Shown here: piece by piece, positions 1-10,493 of the stretch
How positions within the stretch are numbered: the stretch's first letter is position 1
How the letters are laid out: the number at the start of each line of letters is the position of its first letter
Assembly (NCBI GenBank): GCA_964444805.1
Contig: CAYUIK010000038.1
Span: 1 to 64,000, forward strand
Reading direction: 5' to 3'
Length of the DNA: 64,000 bases
Origin: an uncultured Acholeplasmataceae bacterium
GTDB taxonomy: Bacteria; Bacillota_I; Bacilli_A; Acholeplasmatales; Acholeplasmataceae
Made by a program: the position numbers and the translations under genes
The notes under the pieces: generated by a model
The model's input: the letters and a program-made list of their open reading frames with translations, nothing else
Told to the model about the DNA's origin: nothing
Database searches by the model: none

Positions 1-1678
<1,678 letters not shown>

Positions 1679-1717
1679 CTTTTCCGAATAACAGAATTTA
1701 TCTAGTTTTGAGAGATG

Positions 1718-1826
1718 TCTGGTGACGATGGCGAAGTGGATACACCTGTTCCCATCCCGAACACAGAAGTTAAGCACTTCAGCGCCGATGATAGTTCAAT
1801 TGAGCGAAAATAGGTCGTTGCCAGGC
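1718..1826 (+). rRNA. rrf: 5S ribosomal RNA
   Basis: TCTGGTGACGATGGCGAAGTGGATACACCTGTTCCCATCCCGAACACAGAAGTTAAGCACTTCAGCGCCGATGATAG... closely matches Bacillus-type 5S, about 40 nt after the 23S end. Boundaries are accurate to a few nt. Confidence 0.85.
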
Positions 1827-1860
1827 AAATCTTGATTTTTTAATACCACGCGCCTACTCT

Positions 1861-1937
1861 GCCTACATAGCTCAGTTGGTTAGAGCACATGACTGTTAAT
1901 CATGGGGTCCTAGGTTCGAGTCCTAGTGTGGGCGCCA
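1861..1937 (+). tRNA. tRNA-Asn (anticodon GTT)
   Basis: Cloverleaf has acceptor GCCTACA/TGTGGGC (one G-U pair), D-arm TAGCTCAGTTGGTTAGAGCA, anticodon loop CTGTTAA, T-arm GGTTCGAGTCC and an encoded CCA. Confidence 0.88.
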
Positions 1938-1948
1938 ACTATAGTACA

Positions 1949-1974
1949 AAACGGCTGATCGCCGTTTTTTTTAT
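1949..1974 (+). terminator. Rho-independent terminator closing the rrn/tRNA-Asn transcript
   Basis: Hairpin AAACGGCTGATCGCCGTTTT is followed by TTTTTTATT. It lies close to the 3' end of the convergent ATPase gene, but the reverse strand has only a weak T tract. Confidence 0.6.
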
Positions 1975-2015
1975 TGTATGACCCGCATAAAAAAGGCATC
2001 GAAAGATGCCTGCGT

Positions 2016-3866
2016 TTACTTGATCAACAGTCTGAGACTGTTCAAAATGACGAGTATCGTCGATGTCTCATGGGCGATCACACCGGCCGGCAGCATGATC
2101 AGACCGAAGACGTTGCTGGCCATCAACAGAGCGATGACCGTGACCGAAAATATGACGTTCTGACTGATGATTGTTTTCATGCGTCGGGCAAGATCGAGTG
2201 ACCTTTCGACGTTCAACAGATCGTTTTTCATGAAGACGATATCGGCGGTTTCGAGGGAAACATCCGTGGCGCTGCCCATCGCGACACTGACGTCCGCGGT
2301 CGCGAGCGCGGGGGCGTCGTTGATTCCGTCGCCGATCATCATGACGCGTTTTCCGGCCTGCTGCAAGTCCTTGACGATACGGACCTTGTCTTCGGGATAG
2401 CAGTTGGCGACGAAGCGATCGAGACCGGCTTCCCCAGCGATGGCTTTGGCGGTGTTTTCGTTGTCTCCGGTCAGCAATAACGTGTCGATCCGGCGTTTTT
2501 TCAATTGAGCGATCGTGTCGGATGCATCGGATCTGAGCGTATCCATGAGCGCGACGAAACCGATCGTCTCATGCTCGCAGATAATCGGAACGAGGGAATG
2601 TCCGAGACGCGAACAACGGTCCATCAGCGGTTCAATGGCTTTAGCGATGGTGGCATCGAAGCGACCGATCTGCCAGAGCTTGCCGTCGATCTCGGCTTCG
2701 AGTCCATGTCCGGACACTTCGGATGTCTCGATTTCATTTCGTCCTTTCACGTCAGGAAAATGTTTTACAATGGCGTTGGCGAGCGGATGATTCGACTGTT
2801 TTTCCATGGTATAAAGGATGCTCACGACCTGATTGAAATCATGGGATTCAATAACTTCAACGCGGACGACATGAGGCGTTCCGCTCGTAATCGTACCTGT
2901 TTTGTCGAAAATGATCGTATCGATCTCGTTCAACGTTTCGAGATGACTTCCGCCTTTGATCAAAATGTGCTTGCGTGCACCATTCGACAACGAAGCAAGG
3001 ACAGCCGGAGAGATTGAAGCGACTAAAGCACATGGTGAACCGACGACTAAGACGATGATCCCGCGATAAAACGCATCGGACCAACTGAGCCAACCAAAAA
3101 GCGGTGGAACAGTCATGAATATGACCGACAACAGGATAACGATATACACATAGACTTTTTCGATCCGTTTGATCTTTGACTGTGATTTGGGCTCATCGTC
3201 CTTGGCATCCTGGACGAAGTCGATGATTTTTTGGACGATGGTGTCGCTCGGATCCTTTTTCGTTTCGACGACAATGACACCGTCGATATTAAGCGAACCC
3301 GCGTAGACCTCGTCGCCTTTGTCCTTGGTGGTGGGGACGAATTCTCCGGTAATCGTCGCTTGATCGAGGGACGTCGATCCGGATCGGATGATTCCATCAA
3401 CGGGTACCTGTTGTCCGACTTTGACGATGACTTTCTGTCCGACTCGTATGTCACTGATCAAAACTTCTTTTTCTATTTCGTTCTCATAGAGCAAAGCGGT
3501 TTTGGGCGCCAGATTCAAAAGACTCGTTAAGGCTTTCTCACTCTTGGAACTGGCATAGGATTCGAGCACGCCACTGATAGAAAAAATCAGGATCAGGATC
3601 GCACCTTCAAAATAGTTTCCGACGATGAATGCTCCGAGTGCGGCCAAAATCATCAGGATTTCGACGTTGAGCACACGATCTTCAATCGTCTCCGTAATAC
3701 CTTCTTTGGCCTTGGCATAACCGCCGATCGAAAAGGCGAGTGCGAAAAGCAGGATGACATACCATGGTTGTGGTGCCGTGTTCGTACTCAAAACGAATCC
3801 AATCGTAATCAGTATGATGGAGAGAACGACGGAAGTCGTCTCGAAGAGCAGTTGTCGTTTGGTCAT
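2016..3866 (-). CDS. Heavy-metal translocating P1B-type ATPase (616 aa)
   Basis: DKTGT phosphorylation motif (IFDKTGTITSG), an SPC transmembrane metal-binding motif, GDGINDAPAL hinge, TGDN and eight predicted TM segments. RBS AAAGGGGA precedes the ATG. SPC rather than CPC suggests a Co/Zn/Cd (P1B-4-like) specificity; this is inference. Confidence 0.9.
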   Translation of the reverse strand: MTKRQLLFETTSVVLSIILITIGFVLSTNTAPQPWYVILLFALAFSIGGYAKAKEGITETIEDRVLNVEILMILAALGAFIVGNYFEGAILILIFSISGVLESYASSKSEKALTSLLNLAPKTALLYENEIEKEVLISDIRVGQKVIVKVGQQVPVDGIIRSGSTSLDQATITGEFVPTTKDKGDEVYAGSLNIDGVIVVETKKDPSDTIVQKIIDFVQDAKDDEPKSQSKIKRIEKVYVYIVILLSVIFMTVPPLFGWLSWSDAFYRGIIVLVVGSPCALVASISPAVLASLSNGARKHILIKGGSHLETLNEIDTIIFDKTGTITSGTPHVVRVEVIESHDFNQVVSILYTMEKQSNHPLANAIVKHFPDVKGRNEIETSEVSGHGLEAEIDGKLWQIGRFDATIAKAIEPLMDRCSRLGHSLVPIICEHETIGFVALMDTLRSDASDTIAQLKKRRIDTLLLTGDNENTAKAIAGEAGLDRFVANCYPEDKVRIVKDLQQAGKRVMMIGDGINDAPALATADVSVAMGSATDVSLETADIVFMKNDLLNVERSLDLARRMKTIISQNVIFSVTVIALLMASNVFGLIMLPAGVIAHETSTILVILNSLRLLIK

Positions 3867-4139
3867 AGAAGTCCCCTTTACTGTTTAGTCGATACGAACA
3901 CATTATACCGAAAATGATGTGGTAAAGCAAGCGGAAAGTATAAATAAATCGTCCTATTATTATAAAAAAGGTATCTAATTATAATTAAAATGAATATACG
4001 TCGCATGATTCGTTTTCTTGCCTGCATTCTTCCTTTCCCTTTCTCGCTTCAAGGACTATCTTTTGTCTTTCGTTTTTGGTATACTAATACCCGGAATAAA
4101 AAGAAATGAAACAATCCGATACGAAGGAGTGAATCCATC

Positions 4140-4454
4140 ATGGATTTTTTATATGAGAAACATCGCATACACGTTGAAGATGATGAAGGAAAGATGATCG
4201 TCGAGGCGACCTTCCCCCCGATCGAAGATGGCGTCGTCAACATCGACCATACGTTCGTCGATCCCTCTTTGCGAGGTCGGGGGATTGCCAACGAACTCAT
4301 GCATGAAGTCTATCGTTATGCCAAAGAAAAAGGGTATAAGGTCGTTCACACGTGTCCTTACGCGACCGTCTGGTTCAAAAGAAATCCGGATAAGACCGAT
4401 ATCATCGCAGAGCAACTACAAGAAAACGTGCATCCGGAATGCAAGATCTTTTAG
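4140..4454 (+). CDS. Small GNAT-type N-acetyltransferase (YjdJ-like, 104 aa)
   Basis: Short acetyltransferase fold with HTFVDPSLRGRGIANELMHEV (a Q/RxxGxG/A-like motif). RBS AAGGAGTG lies 7 nt upstream. Confidence 0.65.
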   Translation: MDFLYEKHRIHVEDDEGKMIVEATFPPIEDGVVNIDHTFVDPSLRGRGIANELMHEVYRYAKEKGYKVVHTCPYATVWFKRNPDKTDIIAEQLQENVHPECKIF

Positions 4455-4465
4455 GGGAGGAACCC

Positions 4466-5089
4466 ATGAAACCCATTCTCTTTCTTGTCGCGGGCGGATC
4501 GGCCTCTGGCAAGAGTACGGTCGTTTCGGAAATCCTGGATAAGGCCGGTCTCGATGACGTCTTGATCATCAAGCACGACGATTACTACAAGGATCAGAGC
4601 AACCTCGATCTGGAAAAGCGTTACTTGACGAATTACGATCATCCGAATTCGCTTGACAACGATCTTTTGTATCGACACCTGCTCGAACTGCTCGACGGCA
4701 AATCGGTCGCCAAACCGGTCTATGACTTCGTCATGCATACCAGAAGCGTGAAAGTCGAAAACCTCGACCCAAAACCGATCATCATCGTCGAAGGCATTCT
4801 AATTCTCGTCGATGAGCGCATTCGAAATCTTTCGAGTATGAATCTCTACGTCGAACTCGATGACGATACGCGTTTTATCCGCCGGATGCTTCGGGACATG
4901 AACGAACGCGGACGGTCTCTTAAAAACATCGTCAGACAGTACGAGAGTACCGTCAAACCGATGTATCATCGTCATGTCAAACCGACCAAGCGGTATGCCG
5001 ATGTCATCATTCCCAATGACCGGAAACACGATATCGCAGTCGATCTGATCGTGACCAAAATCAGGCAGTTTCTAGGAGTCCTATCGTGA
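4466..5089 (+). CDS. udk: Uridine kinase
   Basis: P-loop GGSASGKST and uridine/cytidine kinase family sequence. Start taken at the internal ATG after GGGGAGG (the ORF track starts at 4439). Confidence 0.85.
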   Translation: MKPILFLVAGGSASGKSTVVSEILDKAGLDDVLIIKHDDYYKDQSNLDLEKRYLTNYDHPNSLDNDLLYRHLLELLDGKSVAKPVYDFVMHTRSVKVENLDPKPIIIVEGILILVDERIRNLSSMNLYVELDDDTRFIRRMLRDMNERGRSLKNIVRQYESTVKPMYHRHVKPTKRYADVIIPNDRKHDIAVDLIVTKIRQFLGVLS

Positions 5090-5712
5090 CATTGATCGTC
5101 GCGGCGATGATCGAAGAAGTCGCCGAGTTCACAACTGAAACGATTGAAACGGATACGGTCATCCCACTCGGATTTTCCGATGCGCATCTGCTCGTTACCG
5201 GGATTGGAAAGGTGAACGCCGCTGCGTCATTGGCACGAGCAATCGCCCTACATCCGATCAAAAGGATCTATAACGTCGGTTTTGTCGGAGCGACAGCGCC
5301 TTACCGTATCCATGACTTGGTCCTGGTCGAAGAGGTTCGTTATCACGATTTCGACTTGTCTCTTTTCGGCTATGCAAAGGGACAGGTTCCCGGCTATCCG
5401 CCCACGTTTTCGAGTGATCCTGAGCTTGCTCGGGAAGTTATGGACCGAATCGGACCGATTCCAAGCGGGAGTCTTTATACCGGTGACGTTTTCATGACCG
5501 AAAAAAGAGGGGATGCCTATCTCGCCGACATGGAAGGGGCCGCGCTCTATCAGGTAGCGATGCGTTATCAGATTCCAATTGTCGCGATCAAGGTCGTATC
5601 CGATGTCATCGGATCGAAAGATGACAACGAGCAGTTTTTGTCGTTCGATGCGAAGCGCGGTATGCAGGCGTTGAAAACGAGCTGTCAATCCATTTTAGGA
5701 GGGTTAACATGA
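5086..5712 (+). CDS. mtnN: 5'-methylthioadenosine/S-adenosylhomocysteine nucleosidase
   Basis: PNP/UDP phosphorylase fold with the typical MTAN motifs (TGIGKVNAAASLA, EGAA). GTG start overlaps the udk stop by 4 nt. Confidence 0.8.
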   Translation: MTLIVAAMIEEVAEFTTETIETDTVIPLGFSDAHLLVTGIGKVNAAASLARAIALHPIKRIYNVGFVGATAPYRIHDLVLVEEVRYHDFDLSLFGYAKGQVPGYPPTFSSDPELAREVMDRIGPIPSGSLYTGDVFMTEKRGDAYLADMEGAALYQVAMRYQIPIVAIKVVSDVIGSKDDNEQFLSFDAKRGMQALKTSCQSILGGLT

Positions 5713-6257
5713 AAAAGGGCGTATTGATCTTGAACAATCGCGTGGAAGACGGTGAAGCACTCATGACTCGAGCTCTGCTCAAGCGAGCAGGTTTCGATAT
5801 CACGACCGCGACATCCGGAAAAGAACTCGATATCCGCACCTTTTTTGGGCTTCAAGTCAAAGCGGACACGTATCTTAAAAACATCGAAGCGAAAAACTAT
5901 GATTTTCTGGTCGTTCCCGGGGGACGTTACGTCTCCGAGATCATCGATCGAAGCGATGAGATCCAAGCGCTCATACGCGCGTTCGACCAAGAGAAAAAAG
6001 TGATCGCCGCGATCTGCGCCGGACCTCGTTTTCTCGCAAGAGCCGGTGTGCTCGACGGGAAGAAATTCACGGCATTCACCGGAAGCGAACAGGACGCACC
6101 GAAAGGCATTTACAAGCCCAAATTAAAGGTCGTATCCGATGGAAATATCATTACCGCGAGAGGGGCTGGTGCGATCTATGAATTCGTATCGGAAATCGTA
6201 TCATCGCTTACCGACAGAAAGCAGGCAAAGAAGCTCTTAAGCGACATTCTTTATTGA
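5709..6257 (+). CDS. DJ-1/PfpI (ThiJ) family protein
   Basis: Nucleophile-elbow context AICAGPRFLA with the conserved Cys. Overlaps the upstream gene by 4 nt (ATGA). Confidence 0.8.
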   Translation: MKKGVLILNNRVEDGEALMTRALLKRAGFDITTATSGKELDIRTFFGLQVKADTYLKNIEAKNYDFLVVPGGRYVSEIIDRSDEIQALIRAFDQEKKVIAAICAGPRFLARAGVLDGKKFTAFTGSEQDAPKGIYKPKLKVVSDGNIITARGAGAIYEFVSEIVSSLTDRKQAKKLLSDILY

Positions 6258-6472
6258 ATGAGGGTTAGTCTCTAGAGACGAAATAGGGCTTTGTCAAGCG
6301 AGATTTTGAACATATTATTTGGTTCACCGAATTCCAGGTCGGTTTTGTTTTTCCTTGGTTCATCCGGTTTCGCCAAGCCTGTTCCAGGTGCGTGTGCAAC
6401 CATCGGTTCCTAACGGCCAGCAATACCTTCTTTTCCCGCTTTCAATCTTTCCAAAAAGCATGCGATATCGCT

Positions 6473-6508
6473 TGACAAATTTATATTTGTTGGTATAATT
6501 ATATATGC
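6473..6508 (+). promoter_or_regulatory. SigA-type promoter for the tRNA cluster
   Basis: TTGACA, a 17-bp spacer, then TATAAT (TTGACAAATTTATATTTGTTGGTATAATTAT) about 12 nt before tRNA-Glu. Confidence 0.7.
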
Positions 6509-6519
6509 GCTTGCACGTT

Positions 6520-6595
6520 GGCCCGTTGGAGAAACGGTTAACTCACATGCCTTTCACGCATGCATTCACGGGTTCGAATCCCGTACGGGTCACCA
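6520..6595 (+). tRNA. tRNA-Glu (anticodon TTC)
   Basis: Acceptor GGCCCGT/ACGGGTC, anticodon loop CTTTCAC, T-arm GGGTTCGAATCCC, encoded CCA. Confidence 0.8.
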
Positions 6596-6659
6596 CCTTG
6601 CAAACCAGACGCACCTACGCGTTTTAAAGATAGAGATGAGTCCTTGGGACTCAAACCAC

Positions 6660-6736
6660 GTACCCATAGCTCAACTGGATAGAGCGTTTGACTACGGATC
6701 AAAAGGTTGGGGGTTCGAATCCTCTTGGGTACGCCA
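6660..6736 (+). tRNA. tRNA-Arg (anticodon ACG)
   Basis: Acceptor GTACCCA/TGGGTAC, D-arm TAGCTCAACTGGATAGAGCG, anticodon loop CTACGGA, T-arm GGTTCGAATCC, CCA. Confidence 0.85.
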
Positions 6737-6739
6737 TCA

Positions 6740-6816
6740 CGGGAAGTAGCTTAGCTTGGTAGAGCGCCTGGTTTGGGACCAGGAGGTCGCAGGTTCAAAT
6801 CCTGTCTTCCCGACCA
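6740..6816 (+). tRNA. tRNA-Pro (anticodon TGG)
   Basis: Acceptor CGGGAAG/CTTCCCG, anticodon stem CCTGG/CCAGG with loop TTTGGGA (G37), T-arm GGTTCAAATCC, CCA. Confidence 0.85.
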
Positions 6817-6826
6817 TTAATAAGCT

Positions 6827-6900
6827 GCGGGTGTAGTTAAATGGTAGAACCACAGCCTTCCAAGCTGTTGACGTGGGTTCGATTCCCATCACCCGCTCCA
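6827..6900 (+). tRNA. tRNA-Gly (anticodon TCC)
   Basis: Acceptor GCGGGTG/CACCCGC, anticodon loop CTTCCAA, T-arm GGGTTCGATTCCC, CCA. Confidence 0.85.
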
Positions 6901-6913
6901 TATTGAAAACATA

Positions 6914-6944
6914 GGTTTGATACAATTGTATCAAGCCTTTTTTT
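6914..6944 (+). terminator. Rho-independent terminator of the tRNA cluster (left copy of a duplicated ~50-bp segment)
   Basis: Hairpin GGTTTGATACAATTGTATCAAGCC followed by TTTTTTT. Confidence 0.7.
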
Positions 6945-7156
6945 ACGTTATATAGGGCCGTTTCGCCATTTGCTCATATTTATTGAGCTTATGAAGCACT
7001 CTGATTTAACTGTATTTTAGACTTTTCAATAAAATTTCTACACGATTACATTTTATATTGCATGATTTTTGTAAAGAAGGTGCTATATACAAGAATATTG
7101 ACAAATATACATAATAAATGGTAATATATATGCATATAAGACAAAAGGACGGTATT

Positions 7157-7750
7157 ATGAGCAAGACAAAAGATATTATGAAATTTGTCGAAAAGAATAA
7201 AGGTGTAATTACAACAAAACAGTTAACTAATCTAGGTATTCATAGACAATTTCTCAGTAATCTTGTAAAACAAGGGAAGTTAGAGAAAGTAGAACGAGGA
7301 GTGTATGTTTCAGTAAATACATTTGAAGATACACTTTTTAGCTTGCAATCAAGATTTAACAAAGGGATTTATTCGCATAGTACAGCATTATATCTCCATG
7401 GTCTTACTGATAGAACTCCACTAAAATATACGATGACGTTTCCAACGTCCTACAATATTACAAACGTCCAAAAGCATGGTATTAGAACATATCGATCAAA
7501 CAAAAGATTATATAATATTGGTTTAGATGCCGTTCAAACGAATAATGGGCATCTTGTAAACGTATATGGTGTTGAAAAAACTCTATGCGATATTGTAAGG
7601 GGGAATAGCAAAGTAGGCAAAGAAGAAGTGGTATATGCATTTAAGGAATATTCAAAGAGAAAAAACAAAGATTTAAATGCACTATATAGATATGCAAGGC
7701 TACTAAAGGTTGAAAGTAAGGTTAGGGGATATATGGAGGTATTAGTATGA
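7157..7750 (+). CDS. AbiEi-family antitoxin / transcriptional regulator (type IV TA, COG5340-like)
   Basis: N-terminal winged-helix region (KFVEKNKGVITTKQLTNLGIHRQFLSNLVKQGKLEKVERGVYV) typical of the AbiEi_4 domain. Start placed at the ATG after AAAGGACGG. Stop overlaps the next ORF by 4 nt. Sits in AT-rich DNA. Confidence 0.7.
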   Translation: MSKTKDIMKFVEKNKGVITTKQLTNLGIHRQFLSNLVKQGKLEKVERGVYVSVNTFEDTLFSLQSRFNKGIYSHSTALYLHGLTDRTPLKYTMTFPTSYNITNVQKHGIRTYRSNKRLYNIGLDAVQTNNGHLVNVYGVEKTLCDIVRGNSKVGKEEVVYAFKEYSKRKNKDLNALYRYARLLKVESKVRGYMEVLV

Positions 7751-8586
7751 TATCAATAGGCAAACTGAAACAAAAAATAAGAGATATGGCAAAAGAGGAT
7801 AATATACCTCATGAGCTTCTATATCAAAATTTTTTCTTTGAACGTTTTTTAGAAAGATTATCGATGTCAAATTACAAAGATAAAATGATCATAAAGGGTG
7901 GCTTTCTATTAACTTCGTTGCTTGGAATAGAAAATAGAAGTACAGCTGATATCGACCTAACAATAAGCACATTATCAATGGATGAAAATATAGTTAGAAG
8001 AAGTATTAATCAAATTATTGCTATCGATGCAGAAGACGAGTGCGATTTTGAAATTATTAAGATGTCAGAAATTAGACATGAAGATAAATACGAAGGAAAA
8101 CGTGTGACTATTTTAGGTGAGTTTCATAGTTTACGGTTTCACTTTAAACTAGATTTATCAACTGGAGATCAAATAACGCCTTCACCAGTAAATCGATTAT
8201 TTAGATTAAATATCAGCGATAAAAGCATAGAGTTACTTGCTTATAATTTTGAAACAGTACTTGCTGAAAAACTTCAAACTATTCTATCTAGAGGTGTAGC
8301 GACGACTCGAGCAAAAGATTACTTTGACGTATATTCAATAATAACGAGTCAAAAGGACTTAATTGATTTAAGCACCCTTAAAGAAGCGTTCAATGTAACA
8401 ATGAGGCATAGGGGAACGAATTATTCTAAGCAGCAAATTATAGAAATTATGGATTCAATAAAAGAGAGTGATGCTATGAATGAACTATGGAATGCATACA
8501 AAGATGATTTCTTGTTTGCACATAATATCGAATTTGAATCAGTTTATTTGGGCATAAAGAAAGTGATATTAGAAATTCTTAATTGA
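7747..8586 (+). CDS. AbiEii/AbiGii-family nucleotidyltransferase toxin (DUF1814)
   Basis: GG[ST]..h and DxD nucleotidyltransferase motifs (IIKGGFLLTSLLGIENRSTADIDLTIS). Size of 279 aa and translational coupling to the AbiEi-like gene fit this family. Confidence 0.75.
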   Translation: MISIGKLKQKIRDMAKEDNIPHELLYQNFFFERFLERLSMSNYKDKMIIKGGFLLTSLLGIENRSTADIDLTISTLSMDENIVRRSINQIIAIDAEDECDFEIIKMSEIRHEDKYEGKRVTILGEFHSLRFHFKLDLSTGDQITPSPVNRLFRLNISDKSIELLAYNFETVLAEKLQTILSRGVATTRAKDYFDVYSIITSQKDLIDLSTLKEAFNVTMRHRGTNYSKQQIIEIMDSIKESDAMNELWNAYKDDFLFAHNIEFESVYLGIKKVILEILN

Positions 8587-8787
8587 ATTAAAGAAGTATG
8601 CAAAAAAATAAATTATAATAAATCTGTTTAGTTTTAGGGTAGAGAATAACCTAATTTTACACAAGGAAATAACTGCTTGAAATAAATTAAAAATAAATAA
8701 TCTAAACAAAGTCATAATGCAATAGTGTGATTTTTTAGGGTGTAAAATTGTATTAGAATACGTCCTACAACCCATATTGAAAGCAAA

Positions 8788-8821
8788 GGTCTGACACGAT
8801 TAAGTATCAGACCCTTTTTTT
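8788..8821 (+). terminator. Rho-independent terminator (right copy of the duplicated tRNA-Gly 3' segment)
   Basis: Hairpin GGTCTGACACGATTAAGTATCAGACC followed by CTTTTTTTT. It is homologous to the 6914..6944 terminator, with compensatory changes that keep the stem. Confidence 0.65.
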
Positions 8822-8838
8822 AATGTCGATTCGTTTAG

Positions 8839-9201
8839 CTAGTTGTTGACATTCCTACGTTTTCTTCCATCCTTGATAAAACCATAGATGATCATCAGCA
8901 ACGCAGTCATACTTGTTGAAACAATCCAAAAAGCGGTATCAATGAAATCATAGCCGACTTCCGTAAAATAGACGACGATCAGGAAAGATGACATCACAAT
9001 CAAAATGATGAAAAAGGAAATGGCTGCAGCCCTTTGAATATCCTGGTAAAATGCTTTTGTCGGCTTTTCGAACAGGTAACCCAAATATAATATGTAAAGC
9101 AAATAAGTGGCTTTGAAAACTTCTGTCGGATCGCTTATTAATTCATAAATGCCAAATAGACTGAAGATGGAAAATAATGCGATCGGATTGAATGTTTTCA
9201 T
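8839..9201 (-). CDS. Small polytopic membrane protein (DUF3796-like), paralogue of 10490..10843
   Basis: Four predicted TM helices and a C-terminal ...FIKDGRKRR. The ORF track start is 9237; the internal ATG at 9201 (MKTFNPIALF...) matches the paralogue's N-terminus better. Confidence 0.5.
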   Translation of the reverse strand: MKTFNPIALFSIFSLFGIYELISDPTEVFKATYLLYILYLGYLFEKPTKAFYQDIQRAAAISFFIILIVMSSFLIVVYFTEVGYDFIDTAFWIVSTSMTALLMIIYGFIKDGRKRRNVNN

Positions 9202-9220
9202 AAATATCACACTTCTTGGA

Positions 9221-10270
9221 TTAAAGATATATGACATACGTGACAGCGATCGTTATCATCGTTATCATAACCATGGTTACATAGAGACGTTTATTCCATC
9301 GAAGTACTTTTCCACCATCGAAGGCATCAAATGGGATGAACGGTATGGATTGATAGATCAGGATAAGGACTAAAAACCAATGCAAGCCTTGCGTGAAAAG
9401 GTCATTGAAAAGCATCGCACTTCCAACGAAGATCGCGTTCAATGCCAGCCAGGTTGCCAACGCCTGTTTACCGATTGTCGCTTTGAAATCGGCATCCTTC
9501 CATAAATCCTCTTTAGGGACGAAAAAACCAAATGTAGGCCACCAAGATGACGTCAATAGTGCCAAAGCAAAACTAAGCATGAATCCACCTTGTGATGGCA
9601 TAAAACGAACTCTTCCGTAAGCTCTGGCGATCGGATAGGCAACGAGCATTCGGATCATTGTAACCGAAAGAAGCATCGTAATAGAAATCAAAAGGAATTC
9701 CATATCTCTCAGTCCAAATCGTGCGATTCCCGCACCGATCAAACTCGCACCTACAAGTGTTCTTATAATGGGATGTTTCGGATAGGCCGGATTTTTGTTG
9801 GAGTCGTCTTTAACCCATATCGAATAACCGGTCAAAAGCGTGTAATTCAAGCGTTTCAACAACCCTTTTAAGGAATAACCAAAAATGATCTTATGCAGAG
9901 GCGCAATTTTATAGCCCGCTTTATAAAACATATTCCACGAGGCCGTATTGTCATCCCTGACAAGGGCGAACTGTATGTTCAGCCCGGCATCATCCAAAGC
10001 TTTGAATCCTTGTTCGACAAGTCTTGAAGCCAATCGATGACCTCTTGCATGTTCTGCAACAAAAATCCATGCCAGATAGCCTTCTTGATCACTGCCTTTT
10101 TGTAGTAATACAGCTCCCGCAATACGTTTACCGTCTGTCGCATAGTAACCCCACATGTTTCGCTTTGAAATGAGTAGGGATGTCCCTCTACCGAAAACGG
10201 TATTGGCAAGCTCAGCAATTTCCGTTGTTTGAGCTTCAGTTATGGCTGATAATCGATAGGTGTGATTCAT
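9221..10270 (-). CDS. GNAT N-acetyltransferase fused to a polytopic membrane domain resembling site-2 protease (M50) but lacking HExxH
   Basis: N-terminal ~150 aa is GNAT-like (LAWIFVAEHARGHRLASRLV, NTASWNMFYKAGY). The C-terminal ~200 aa has 5-6 TM helices and the S2P-type motif IPFIPFDAFDGGKV (compare NxxPxxPxDGG) but no HExxH. Start chosen at the ATG 1 nt after the XRE stop and preceded by GAGG (track start 10288). Confidence 0.6.
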   Translation of the reverse strand: MNHTYRLSAITEAQTTEIAELANTVFGRGTSLLISKRNMWGYYATDGKRIAGAVLLQKGSDQEGYLAWIFVAEHARGHRLASRLVEQGFKALDDAGLNIQFALVRDDNTASWNMFYKAGYKIAPLHKIIFGYSLKGLLKRLNYTLLTGYSIWVKDDSNKNPAYPKHPIIRTLVGASLIGAGIARFGLRDMEFLLISITMLLSVTMIRMLVAYPIARAYGRVRFMPSQGGFMLSFALALLTSSWWPTFGFFVPKEDLWKDADFKATIGKQALATWLALNAIFVGSAMLFNDLFTQGLHWFLVLILIYQSIPFIPFDAFDGGKVLRWNKRLYVTMVMITMITIAVTYVIYL

Positions 10271-10271
10271 A

Positions 10272-10493
10272 TTAGTCCTCGTTCTCATCCGTCAACTTTT
10301 GAAAAATATCTTCAACCTTCACATTGAATACAGCTGCGATGTCCATCGCCAACAACAAGGATGGATTATATTTGCCGCTTTCCAGATTTCCTATGGTTTC
10401 TCTGCGAACCCCGACTTTTTTGGCAAGATCTTCTTGTGACAGGTTGAATTGAGCTCGATAGACTCGAATCTGATTTTCGAATAGTGGCTTCAT
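10272..10493 (-). CDS. XRE-family (Cro/CI-type) helix-turn-helix transcriptional regulator (73 aa)
   Basis: Canonical HTH_3 sequence NLSQEDLAKKVGVRRETIGNLESGKYNPSLLLAMDIAAVF. Overlaps the upstream gene by 4 nt. Confidence 0.8.
   Translation of the reverse strand: MKPLFENQIRVYRAQFNLSQEDLAKKVGVRRETIGNLESGKYNPSLLLAMDIAAVFNVKVEDIFQKLTDENED

Noticed and set aside
6737-6934. 65-aa minus-strand ORF
   Set aside because: It overlaps tRNA-Pro and tRNA-Gly and is an artefact.
8569-8775. 68-aa ORF in the AT-rich tail of the AbiE islet
   Set aside because: Low-complexity Phe/Ile/Asn-rich translation of AT-rich DNA with no RBS, so it is probably noise. It could still be a small membrane peptide, and I cannot exclude that.
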